DNA from: an uncultured Candidatus Saccharibacteria bacterium
GTDB lineage: Bacteria; Patescibacteriota; WWE3; 2-01-FULL-39-13
Reading direction: 5' to 3'
DNA length: 64,000 nt
Assembly (NCBI GenBank): GCA_964370865.1
Contig: CAYJKF010000002.1
Location: forward strand, 84,719 to 148,718
Part shown: positions 40,862-49,126 of the stretch, in pieces
Layout: the number at the start of each line of letters is the position of its first letter
How positions within the stretch are numbered: the stretch's first letter is position 1
Notes under the pieces: model-generated
Told to the model about the DNA's origin: nothing
Seen by the model: the letters and a program-made list of their open reading frames with translations, nothing else
The model's database searches: none
Position numbers and translations under genes: made by a program

Positions 40862-40934
40862 ATTTATATTTTCTGGGCAGGGAAATTATTAGTGAGTGTA
40901 TTATAGGATATAAACCTCACAGACTCAACTTGTG

Positions 40935-41351
40935 CTAGAAAACCGTATTTTGAAGTTCAGAGTCAGCTGAGTCAAAATCAAGCTTATCAAGAGACTCATT
41001 CATCGAATCGGTGCTTTCATCTAGAGAATCAGTACTTCCATCAATTTCCATAATTAAGGAGTCAGAATCCAATTCGTTTTCTTCAACTGGGGTTGGAGTT
41101 ACTACTGGAGTAGCCTCTGCTGTTGGTGTTGGTACTATTGCTTCCTCATTCGTAGCTATCTTATCGTTTGGAAGCATTTCTAAAAAATAATATAGAGCTC
41201 CTGCAATTAGCAATAGAAATACTATTCCGACCGCAACGTATAAAGGTAATTTACTCCTACCTTTTTCAGGTGTTTCGGTCAGGTTTGTGTTAGAAGTTTG
41301 GTTAATTTGAGTTGTATCTGGTTGGGGTTGAATCGTTTGTATATTTTCCAT
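40935..41351 (-). CDS. Hypothetical single-TM protein with PTP linker and acidic tail
   Basis: One TM segment, PTPT repeats and an Asp/Glu/Ser-rich C-terminus. Confidence 0.7.
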   Translation of the reverse strand: MENIQTIQPQPDTTQINQTSNTNLTETPEKGRSKLPLYVAVGIVFLLLIAGALYYFLEMLPNDKIATNEEAIVPTPTAEATPVVTPTPVEENELDSDSLIMEIDGSTDSLDESTDSMNESLDKLDFDSADSELQNTVF

Positions 41352-41354
41352 TGA

Positions 41355-41957
41355 TTATTCTAAACTAGAAATTACTTCTCTTAAATCCGTTTTTATTGTT
41401 TTCAATCGACTAATTATACTTCTAGTATCTTCTTTTATTTCCGTTAACTTTGCTTTAATTTCCTCAACTTCTAATTCCTCAATGTTTTCATATTTTACTG
41501 TAAGTTCAGAAATTTCTACTTCTAATTGGTCAATTTCTGTTTGAATTGCAACAAGCTTAGCTGTTGCTACATCGTTTTCGAAGCCACTATCTACGATTCT
41601 TTTTTGAATTCGCTCTACTATTTCAGTTAACTTTTCTGTTACCTTCAATAGTCTTGCTTGTGATTTAGCGGTATGTTCTTTGATAAGTGAAAGTCTTGCC
41701 TGCTGTTGATCAGAGAATTTTCCTTTGAGATTTTCTACTCTTAACTCAGTTCTTTCTTTGAATGCCTTTCGAAATTCCTCGTATTTTTCCATCCTTTGAG
41801 GAGTGGTTTCAGGTTGTCGTTCCAGCCTTTCACGACCGGGGTCAACTTGTAACTGATTCTGTACACCATTTGGGACTTCCCGTTGGGCTATTGAATTAGC
41901 TGGGAAACATAGTAAGGCAAGTGAAATCAAAAAAAGAGGTATATATATACTTTTCAT
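41355..41957 (-). CDS. Secreted coiled-coil protein
   Basis: Signal peptide followed by long charged heptad helices. Confidence 0.7.
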   Translation of the reverse strand: MKSIYIPLFLISLALLCFPANSIAQREVPNGVQNQLQVDPGRERLERQPETTPQRMEKYEEFRKAFKERTELRVENLKGKFSDQQQARLSLIKEHTAKSQARLLKVTEKLTEIVERIQKRIVDSGFENDVATAKLVAIQTEIDQLEVEISELTVKYENIEELEVEEIKAKLTEIKEDTRSIISRLKTIKTDLREVISSLE

Positions 41958-42003
41958 ACAAGTAATCTATATAAAATCAGTGTGAATGTAAAGGAATTTA
42001 TTA

Positions 42004-42079
42004 TGGCGGGAGTGACGGGATTCGAACCCGCAACCTCTTCCGTGACAGGGAAGCGCTCTAACCGTTGAGCTACACCCCC
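42004..42079 (-). tRNA. tRNA-Asp(GTC)
   Basis: Reverse complement GGGGGTG...CTTCC-CTGTCAC-GGAAG...TTCGAAT...CACTCCCG-CCA. Confidence 0.96.
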
Positions 42080-42181
42080 TTACAGAAGGGGTAACAGAAG
42101 AATTATAGTGAAGTTTAGGCTAGAAAACAATAAATAGAGTTTATCCCTGGTTCGTAATGGGTGATATAATCGGTAAGAAAT

Positions 42182-43369
42182 ATGGTTAGCAAATTTTTAA
42201 ATAAAGACGATTTAGCCAAATTAAAATCCGAAACACCAACTACTAAGAAAATTGTTTTTACCTATGGGACTTTTGATCTAATACACAGCGGTCATGCAGC
42301 ATATTTAGTTGAAGCGAAAAACTTAGGTGATGTGTTAATCGTTGGCGTTACGACTAATAAATCTCGTAGAGAAATGAGAGGAAAAGGATTTCCTCTAGTT
42401 GATCAAAAAAACCGCGCGGAGTTACTAACATATTTTGATTTTGTGGATGGAGTTATATACGTTGATGACCGAAATTTACTTCAACAACTAAAAATACTTA
42501 AACCTGATATTTTTTTTACACACTCTTTAGATTGGAAAAGCCATTTAAGAAAACCTGCAGAAGAAAAGTTTGTTGAGGGATATGGTGGACAGGTCTATAA
42601 ACGAAAACCACAGGGACCATTTGTTTCCTCTTCTATGATTGTAGAATTAGTTGCCGATTTAAAAATAAAAGAAGTTGTCGAATATTTCTTTGGAAAAATA
42701 AAGATTGACCTAACGGATGGTAATTGGAAAGTTGGAGCGTTCTCTGGATTAAAAACGAAAATTAGAACAGAATCATTAGTTTTTCCAGAGCACTTAATGT
42801 CACTTGGATTATTTGGGAGTAAATTCGGAAGAAAAATTATCCCTAAAAATAAATTAAGCATTATCGTTAAAAAATTGAAAAAAGATTCCAAGAAAGTCGT
42901 TCTGTCAGCAGGTTCTTGTGATTTACTTCACGTGGGACATGTTCGTTTCTTTTCCAAAGCCAAGGAAGAGGGCGATATTCTGATACTTGGTATACCAACG
43001 GATAAAATAATTAAAAAGCAAAAGGGTAGAGGACGTCCAATCATAAATGAAAATTCTAGAGCAGAACTTATGTCGTTTTTCCCTTTTATTGATTATATTT
43101 TTCTATTCGATGATGAAAGTATTTTGCAACCTATTATTGATTTACAGCCTGATGTTTTTTTTACGGTCAAAGAAGAATGGAATAATATCGAAAATTCATC
43201 TATATCTGATAATATTAAAAAGTGGGGAGGACGAATTGTTACCGCTCCTCCACAAGCAGATGGACTTTCTTCTAGTAAATTAATTAAACGAGCTGCGGGT
43301 ATTCGTGTAAGAGAACTTTTTAAAGAAGTCCTACATGAAGCCGAGAAACTTACTAGTCTTAAAGATTGA
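42182..43369 (+). CDS. Tandem two-domain cytidylyl/adenylyltransferase (HxGH family, RfaE-II/TagD-like)
   Basis: Both domains are complete: GTFDLIHSGH / GSCDLLHVGH, K-G..P.....RAEL, PD.FF and SSS. Confidence 0.88.
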   Translation: MVSKFLNKDDLAKLKSETPTTKKIVFTYGTFDLIHSGHAAYLVEAKNLGDVLIVGVTTNKSRREMRGKGFPLVDQKNRAELLTYFDFVDGVIYVDDRNLLQQLKILKPDIFFTHSLDWKSHLRKPAEEKFVEGYGGQVYKRKPQGPFVSSSMIVELVADLKIKEVVEYFFGKIKIDLTDGNWKVGAFSGLKTKIRTESLVFPEHLMSLGLFGSKFGRKIIPKNKLSIIVKKLKKDSKKVVLSAGSCDLLHVGHVRFFSKAKEEGDILILGIPTDKIIKKQKGRGRPIINENSRAELMSFFPFIDYIFLFDDESILQPIIDLQPDVFFTVKEEWNNIENSSISDNIKKWGGRIVTAPPQADGLSSSKLIKRAAGIRVRELFKEVLHEAEKLTSLKD

Positions 43370-43851
43370 TGACTATGCATACTGATTATTCTAATTTTAA
43401 AGCACGACAAAATGGAGAGTACGAAAAAGCATGGCAGTCTACCGGTAAATGTGTGTTTTGTGACTTGAGAGATAAATATATTATTTATGAGAAAAATGGA
43501 GTGGTCCTTACAACAAATTTATTTCCATACATCGATGGGCATTTAATGGTAATTCCACGTCGTCATTCTGAAACTATTCAAGAGGTTACGGAGGAGGAAT
43601 GGGTTGAGTTCAAACATATTATCGAACTGGGCTCTGAGTTGCTAAAAAAAACTCTAAAAATAAAGGATGTCTGGGTTTTATATCGAATTGGAGAAGGCTA
43701 TAGGGCTGGAAAATCCGTCGTTCATAGTCATCTCCACTTGATTCCATATTCACTTGATTTAATTAAAATGGAGTATCAAGAATTAAATATTTCACCGCAG
43801 GAACTAGCAGAGAAATTACGAAAAAGTATCAAGAAAAATGAAACTCAATAA
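43369..43851 (+). CDS. HIT-family nucleotide hydrolase
   Basis: Motifs CVFC, NLFPY..GHLMVIPRRH and HSHLHLIP. TGATG overlap with the upstream gene. Confidence 0.92.
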   Translation: MTMHTDYSNFKARQNGEYEKAWQSTGKCVFCDLRDKYIIYEKNGVVLTTNLFPYIDGHLMVIPRRHSETIQEVTEEEWVEFKHIIELGSELLKKTLKIKDVWVLYRIGEGYRAGKSVVHSHLHLIPYSLDLIKMEYQELNISPQELAEKLRKSIKKNETQ

Positions 43852-44362
43852 CCACCAGAAAAATGATTTTATAAAGAAGGCCGCATTTATTGCCGACAAA
43901 TCATCATGTTTATATAAAGTTGGTTGTGTTGGTGTTATTGAAGATGTTGGACAGACTATTCCATCAAGCGCTCTAAAAGATTTATCATATAGAAAAAAGG
44001 ACGGTTTTATATATCTTAAAAGTTGGAATGAAACTTTACATGGCGAAATTTTTTGCCAAGAATGTGATGACAAAGGAAATAAAGTTTGTATCCGGCAAGT
44101 TGAAAATTTAAAAGGTAGAGATTTCCAGAAAGTATGTTCAATTCATGCTGAATCCAACTTAATAGCTAAATTCGCAAGATATGGAATTTCTACAGAAGGG
44201 ATGGTTTTGTTTATAACAAATACGCCGTGTTATGTATGCGCAAAAAATCTAATTCAAGCTGGGGTTTCTAAGGTTTATTATCTAGCTGAGCATACTGACA
44301 CAACAGGAATGGATATACTTAGGACAAACGGAATAATTTCAGAGAAAATTTCATTTAACTAG
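43838..44362 (+). CDS. dCMP deaminase-like zinc deaminase (ComEB family)
   Basis: Motifs S.C...VGCV, HAE.N and PCYVCAK.LIQAG. Confidence 0.88.
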   Translation: MKLNNHQKNDFIKKAAFIADKSSCLYKVGCVGVIEDVGQTIPSSALKDLSYRKKDGFIYLKSWNETLHGEIFCQECDDKGNKVCIRQVENLKGRDFQKVCSIHAESNLIAKFARYGISTEGMVLFITNTPCYVCAKNLIQAGVSKVYYLAEHTDTTGMDILRTNGIISEKISFN

Positions 44363-46114
44363 AGTTTGATACAAGCCTGTGGTTTTAAAGCCATTCTTTT
44401 TATAATATTCTCTCGTTCCAACTGAAGATATTACTGCAAGTTTTTGAAAATTATTTTCTTTTGAAATCTCTAAGGACTTTGCAATTAATGTCTTTCCCAA
44501 ACCTAAATGTTGGGTTTTAGCCTTTTCACCTATATTTAGGCTTTCTCCATAAATGTGAATTTCACGAATAATCGCGGCTCCATCCAATTCCTCGATAAAA
44601 TGTGGTGAATCCAGATTAGGCAAAGATAAACGTAAAAATCCTGCAATTTGATTTTCGTTTGTAACAAATTCCAAGAACTTTTCAGAAGAGACAGATGTTT
44701 CATATTCCAAAATTTTTAATTTAAGATCTCCTAATTCGACTTTTTTACCGCGAATTTCTCTATATCTGATTTCCTGTATATCAGCTTTTTGATTTTTGAT
44801 ATTTATTTCAACTGTTTGACGTAGATTAGTTTTTTTATTTCCAACTACAATATCTTGAGATCCAATATCCCTAATCATTCGAGTAATCCTGCAGTATGCT
44901 GGTGTTAATTTATAAGCTTCCTCTAGAACGTGAGTTAGTTCTTCATAAGTATATGGTTTCCATAAACCTTTTTTATAATATTGCATTAACTCTGCGCTAG
45001 CGATTAGTGAACATGGATAAATTTTTATTTCATCGGGCCTAAATTTAGGATCACTAAAGACTTTCTTGTAATCCTCAATATCTTTTTGTGGTGTTGAACC
45101 ATATAAGTTTGGCATCCAGTGCGCGTGAATTTTAAATCCTGCTTTCCTTAATATCGCGACTGCATTTGCAGTAACAGAAGAATCATGTCCTCTCTTATTA
45201 AGCATCAAGACTTTATCATTCAAGCTTTGAAAACCAATTTGTACCTTTGTAGCTCCAAGTTTTCGAATACGAATAACTTCGGTTTCTGTTATTTCATCTG
45301 GTCTTGTCTCTATAACAAGTCCAATACAGCGAGTTTCTGCTAATTCATTCTGTGAGTGAACCGTAAATAATTCGTCCCATGTTGCATGTTCGGTTTCAGA
45401 TTGTGGTTTTTTTGGAAGTATCGCCATCGAAACGATTTGATTATAAGTTTTATTAAACTGTGTTCCATCAATTTCTTCTAATAACTTATCTTCGAATGGA
45501 ATCTCCATTTTCGTTTCAACAGGAGTTGGCAACGTAAAAGTATCGAAATCATTCATAGCATCGAAGCATCTTTTAACAAACCATATCTGATAAGGTTCGG
45601 GGTATGAGGTCCAGGTTCCACCAAGAATAATTAATTCAATTTTATCTGTTGAATGGCCAAGTGCTTTATATGCAACTAGCCTGTTAAAAGTTTGTGCATA
45701 CGGGTCGAATTTATTTCTAGTCGCTCTTTGTGCTCCAGGTTCATCTGATAAATAGCTTTTTGGCATTCGAACATCATTTGGACAAAAAATACATTTTCCA
45801 GGACATGGAAATGGCTTGGTAAGTACGGTAACTGGAGTTACTCCTGAGATAGATCTTACTTCTTTGGATTTCAAATTTTGTCTCAAAGTTTTAAGTTCGG
45901 TAGGAGTAAGGGTTATTTCATCAGTCTTCAAAAATTCAATTAGTGATACTGTTAGATCGCTTTTTTTGAAAATTCCTTTATCTCCCTTTGGAAACTGCCT
46001 AAATGCTGTCTGAATGTCTTTATCATCAGCCTTTTCCATTTTAGCCAGCTTGTAGATTAGCGGTATTGTCTGATTTTTATTCTTATTTATGTCAAAATGA
46101 TAGCTATTATTCAT
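44351..46114 (-). CDS. elp3: Elp3 radical-SAM/acetyltransferase tRNA U34 carboxymethyltransferase
   Basis: Motifs CPGKCIFCP, PKSY, GGTW, ETRPD, HWMPNL and IYP, plus KAT-domain REIHIYG, QH.GLG and G.REYY. Confidence 0.93.
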   Translation of the reverse strand: MNNSYHFDINKNKNQTIPLIYKLAKMEKADDKDIQTAFRQFPKGDKGIFKKSDLTVSLIEFLKTDEITLTPTELKTLRQNLKSKEVRSISGVTPVTVLTKPFPCPGKCIFCPNDVRMPKSYLSDEPGAQRATRNKFDPYAQTFNRLVAYKALGHSTDKIELIILGGTWTSYPEPYQIWFVKRCFDAMNDFDTFTLPTPVETKMEIPFEDKLLEEIDGTQFNKTYNQIVSMAILPKKPQSETEHATWDELFTVHSQNELAETRCIGLVIETRPDEITETEVIRIRKLGATKVQIGFQSLNDKVLMLNKRGHDSSVTANAVAILRKAGFKIHAHWMPNLYGSTPQKDIEDYKKVFSDPKFRPDEIKIYPCSLIASAELMQYYKKGLWKPYTYEELTHVLEEAYKLTPAYCRITRMIRDIGSQDIVVGNKKTNLRQTVEINIKNQKADIQEIRYREIRGKKVELGDLKLKILEYETSVSSEKFLEFVTNENQIAGFLRLSLPNLDSPHFIEELDGAAIIREIHIYGESLNIGEKAKTQHLGLGKTLIAKSLEISKENNFQKLAVISSVGTREYYKKNGFKTTGLYQTLVK

Positions 46115-46819
46115 ATGAATGCCGAAACGATAGACTCCATTATAAGGTTAAACAACAACTTCTACAAAAAGGTTGCTCAAAGTTTTTCGAATACAAGACA
46201 ACATCCTTGGGATGGATGGAAACGTGTTCTGACTTATATTGAGGAAAATCACGTACAAACTATACTAGATTTTGCATGCGGAAACGGTCGTTTTCTGGAT
46301 TACCTAATTTCTCAAAATATTGAACCTAAATATACTGGGGTGGATTCAAATGAGGACTTGCTAGGCATTGCAGAGAAACATCATCAAAGACACCGATTCT
46401 TTAATCGTGATTTGTTAAATGAAGGATTACCCGGTCGAGAGAAATATGACATGATTGTTTCTTTTGGATTTATGCATCATGTTCCAACGGAGGAAATTCG
46501 AGAGCAGGTTATTTCCAAACTTTTTGATTTACTTAATGAGAAGGGAATTTTAATTCTAACTTTCTGGAGTAATCCAAATCGAAGAGGAATAATTCCACTT
46601 GATAAATTAACAGGCGAAGCTCTTAGGTTAAATAGTGAAATGGGTGAGAATGATTTCTTTTTTGGATGGGAAGGAGATTATGAAACACCGAGGTTTTGTC
46701 ACTTATTCGATGAAGAAGAAGTGATAAAACTCTTAGATAAATATAAACAATTTGAATTATTTAAATCCGATGGACGTACCTCGCAAGATAACATATATGC
46801 TGTATTATTTAATAGATGA
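46115..46819 (+). CDS. Class I SAM methyltransferase, Trm9/ALKBH8-like
   Basis: Motifs Y..VA..FS.TR..PW, D.ACGNGR, GVD, MHH.P....R, ILTFW, DFF..W, R.CHLF.E.E and DN. Confidence 0.75.
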   Translation: MNAETIDSIIRLNNNFYKKVAQSFSNTRQHPWDGWKRVLTYIEENHVQTILDFACGNGRFLDYLISQNIEPKYTGVDSNEDLLGIAEKHHQRHRFFNRDLLNEGLPGREKYDMIVSFGFMHHVPTEEIREQVISKLFDLLNEKGILILTFWSNPNRRGIIPLDKLTGEALRLNSEMGENDFFFGWEGDYETPRFCHLFDEEEVIKLLDKYKQFELFKSDGRTSQDNIYAVLFNR

Positions 46820-48363
46820 GTGAATGGCCCGTATACTTTAAAGACAGACTAACTATTTCGAATTTAAATAGTGCTAACGCTATTGCATGCCTTTGGACTC
46901 CAAAAGAAACAATTGAAAAACTCACTATTCCAGAAGCATATTGCGTTCTAGGCCAGTTGTATACAAAAAAGGGAATCAACTATCTATTAAGAAATATTTT
47001 AGCCAATCCATTTATTAAAAATATTTACTTGGTTGGAAACGACTTAATGGAAAGCGGCGAAGCTCTAGTTAAGTTTTTTGAAAATGGAATCGATGAAAAT
47101 TATAAAATAATTGGTGATGACTCTGCAGTAATAGATAAGGAAATTTCAATAGAAAAAATAAATATCTTGAGAGAAAAAGTTTCATTGGTGGATTTACGTG
47201 GAGCTGATAAATTAACTTCACTAAAAACTGCGATAAAACCCAACGAAGACATTTCATTATGGTCTGAGCCCGAGATGTTCGAAGAACCACCAGCTCCAGA
47301 TATTTCCACATTTCCATCAGAAGTAGATTTAATGAGAATTCGTCGTCCGCTAATATCCGAAGCCTATTTATCAGTACTTAAACACGTGATGCAGTTTGGT
47401 TTGGAGTCGGAGCCAGTTATGAATTATGTTTCAGATACATCCAAATCAATGAAGGAATTATTAAATCTTTCAGTAATTATTACTGATGAGGAGGTGGACT
47501 CCCCAAATGTTCCTGGCTATATGCCATTTAGTGCAACTGACTTGCAAAATTACTACAATGGTTTTTTTAATCCAGATAAAATGACAGAGGATTATACCTA
47601 TGGTGAAAGACTCTTTAATTTCGCAAATGATGAAATTAATGAACTAAAGAAAATATACCCTCATCTCAATATCGATAGATTTCAAAAATATTTTCCAGAG
47701 GGAGGAATCGACCAAGTTGCAATCTCCATCATTCGTAAGCTACAAGGTTTTAAACATGATAAAGGAGCAATTGCCCTTCTTGGAAATCCCTTTACAGATG
47801 TTTTTCCACAACGACCTTCAAAAAAAATACCATGTCTGTTTTTGATCCAATGTCAGATATATCAGGATAAATTAAATATGACTGCCTACTTTAGAAGTAA
47901 CGATATGTACAATGCATGGCCATTGAATGCATTTGCTTTAAGAAAGCTACAGAAGGAGATTGCTGAAAAACTTGATTCAAAACTAGGTTCACTAATAACA
48001 ATTTCAAATATGGCACATATATATGAACATAATTATTCTGATGCCAAAAAAATAATAGATGAAAACTATAAAGGTAATTGTGAATGGGATCCAAGAGGAA
48101 ATATTATTGTTGAAGTTATTAATAAAGAAATCGTAGCCAAATTAATTTCACCAGAAGGAACCGTAGAATTGCGAGAATGGAAAATTGATGGGACGTTACC
48201 TCATGCAGCCAGAGAGTTATCATTTCTAATTGATAAAGATTTAGCAGTTTCAACTTTTGGTAATGCTTTATATTTGGGTAGACAATTTGAAAGAGCCGAG
48301 ACCGCAATAAAACTGAAATTAGAATTTAAACAGGATAACCCACTTGATTTCGAGAAAGTCTAA
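46816..48363 (+). CDS. thyA: Thymidylate synthase fused to an N-terminal MtrA-like and a C-terminal DUF4346-like domain
   Basis: ThyA core YTYGERL, DQ, PC, FRSND.Y.AWP.N and AHIYE. N-terminal GQLYT..GIN..RN..ANP.I. C-terminal DP.G..A.YLGR...AE...F.QD. Confidence 0.85.
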   Translation: MSEWPVYFKDRLTISNLNSANAIACLWTPKETIEKLTIPEAYCVLGQLYTKKGINYLLRNILANPFIKNIYLVGNDLMESGEALVKFFENGIDENYKIIGDDSAVIDKEISIEKINILREKVSLVDLRGADKLTSLKTAIKPNEDISLWSEPEMFEEPPAPDISTFPSEVDLMRIRRPLISEAYLSVLKHVMQFGLESEPVMNYVSDTSKSMKELLNLSVIITDEEVDSPNVPGYMPFSATDLQNYYNGFFNPDKMTEDYTYGERLFNFANDEINELKKIYPHLNIDRFQKYFPEGGIDQVAISIIRKLQGFKHDKGAIALLGNPFTDVFPQRPSKKIPCLFLIQCQIYQDKLNMTAYFRSNDMYNAWPLNAFALRKLQKEIAEKLDSKLGSLITISNMAHIYEHNYSDAKKIIDENYKGNCEWDPRGNIIVEVINKEIVAKLISPEGTVELREWKIDGTLPHAARELSFLIDKDLAVSTFGNALYLGRQFERAETAIKLKLEFKQDNPLDFEKV

Positions 48364-48476
48364 TTAGCAAAGACCGATTGGTACGCTATTACAAGTAACA
48401 ATGAACTTACTGCAACGAGAACACCCTGAGCGACAATATCTTTAACTTTCTTGTGATGTAGATTTTTGGCAGGCAT
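48360..48476 (-). CDS. 38-aa single-TM small protein
   Basis: MPAKNLHHKKVKDIVAQGVLVAVSSLLLVIAYQSVFAN. TACAAT lies 9 nt before the ATG. Confidence 0.5.
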   Translation of the reverse strand: MPAKNLHHKKVKDIVAQGVLVAVSSLLLVIAYQSVFAN

Positions 48477-48547
48477 AGTAGGTAAATTGTATACTAAAAA
48501 TCTTCTAAAAGGTATAATCTTTAGTAAGTAAATAATTATTAAAAAAT

Positions 48548-49114
48548 ATGGATCTAATATACTTTTTGTTAATACCAATTGCCTTAGCAGCTTTTGTTTG
48601 GTTTTCGTATAACTCATTAGTTAAATTAAGAATACGTGTAAAAGAAGCATGGGCTGATATAGATGTCCAATTGAAAAAAAGATATGATTTGTTACCTGAT
48701 TTGATTGAAACAGTAAGAAAAGCCACAGCAGTAGACGAACAAATTTTAACCAAGATTACAGAACTTAGATCAAAGGCAATGGAAGACTCTGCTAAAGGAG
48801 TTAATTTACAGGAAAGAGCTCAAGTTGAGAACCAACTATCGAGTATGATGAGGGATGTAAAAGTTCAGGTTGAAGCATACCCTGAAATTAGATCTCACCA
48901 AGAATTAACAAGTTTAATGGACAAAGTAACTGAAATTGAGGAAAAAATTGCTTATTCTAGAAGGTTTTATAACGCAAATGTTAAGGATTACAACACGCAA
49001 GTCGCAATGTTCCCAAGTAATATTATCGCTGGAGTTTTTAACTTTTCTTCAGAACAGTTTTTCGCAGCAAATGAAACTGAAAGAGAAGATATAAAAGTAT
49101 CATTCGATAAGTAA
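48548..49114 (+). CDS. lemA: LemA family protein
   Basis: Motifs YNSLV, EAWADIDVQLKKRYDL, EAYP, E.KI..SRRFYN and FPSNIIA. Confidence 0.96.
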   Translation: MDLIYFLLIPIALAAFVWFSYNSLVKLRIRVKEAWADIDVQLKKRYDLLPDLIETVRKATAVDEQILTKITELRSKAMEDSAKGVNLQERAQVENQLSSMMRDVKVQVEAYPEIRSHQELTSLMDKVTEIEEKIAYSRRFYNANVKDYNTQVAMFPSNIIAGVFNFSSEQFFAANETEREDIKVSFDK

Positions 49115-49126
49115 TTTAAAACCGTA

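Noticed and set aside
42182-43369. LPS heptose biosynthesis (hldE)
   Set aside because: No kinase domain and no gmhA, gmhB, hldD or lpx genes nearby.
46816-48363. ThyA-like protein as a phage-type dCMP hydroxymethylase
   Set aside because: It has Asn, not Asp, at the specificity position after RSND, and there is no phage context.
48477-48617. 85-aa version of the minus-strand ORF
   Set aside because: It overlaps lemA and its promoter. The internal ATG at 48476 fits better.
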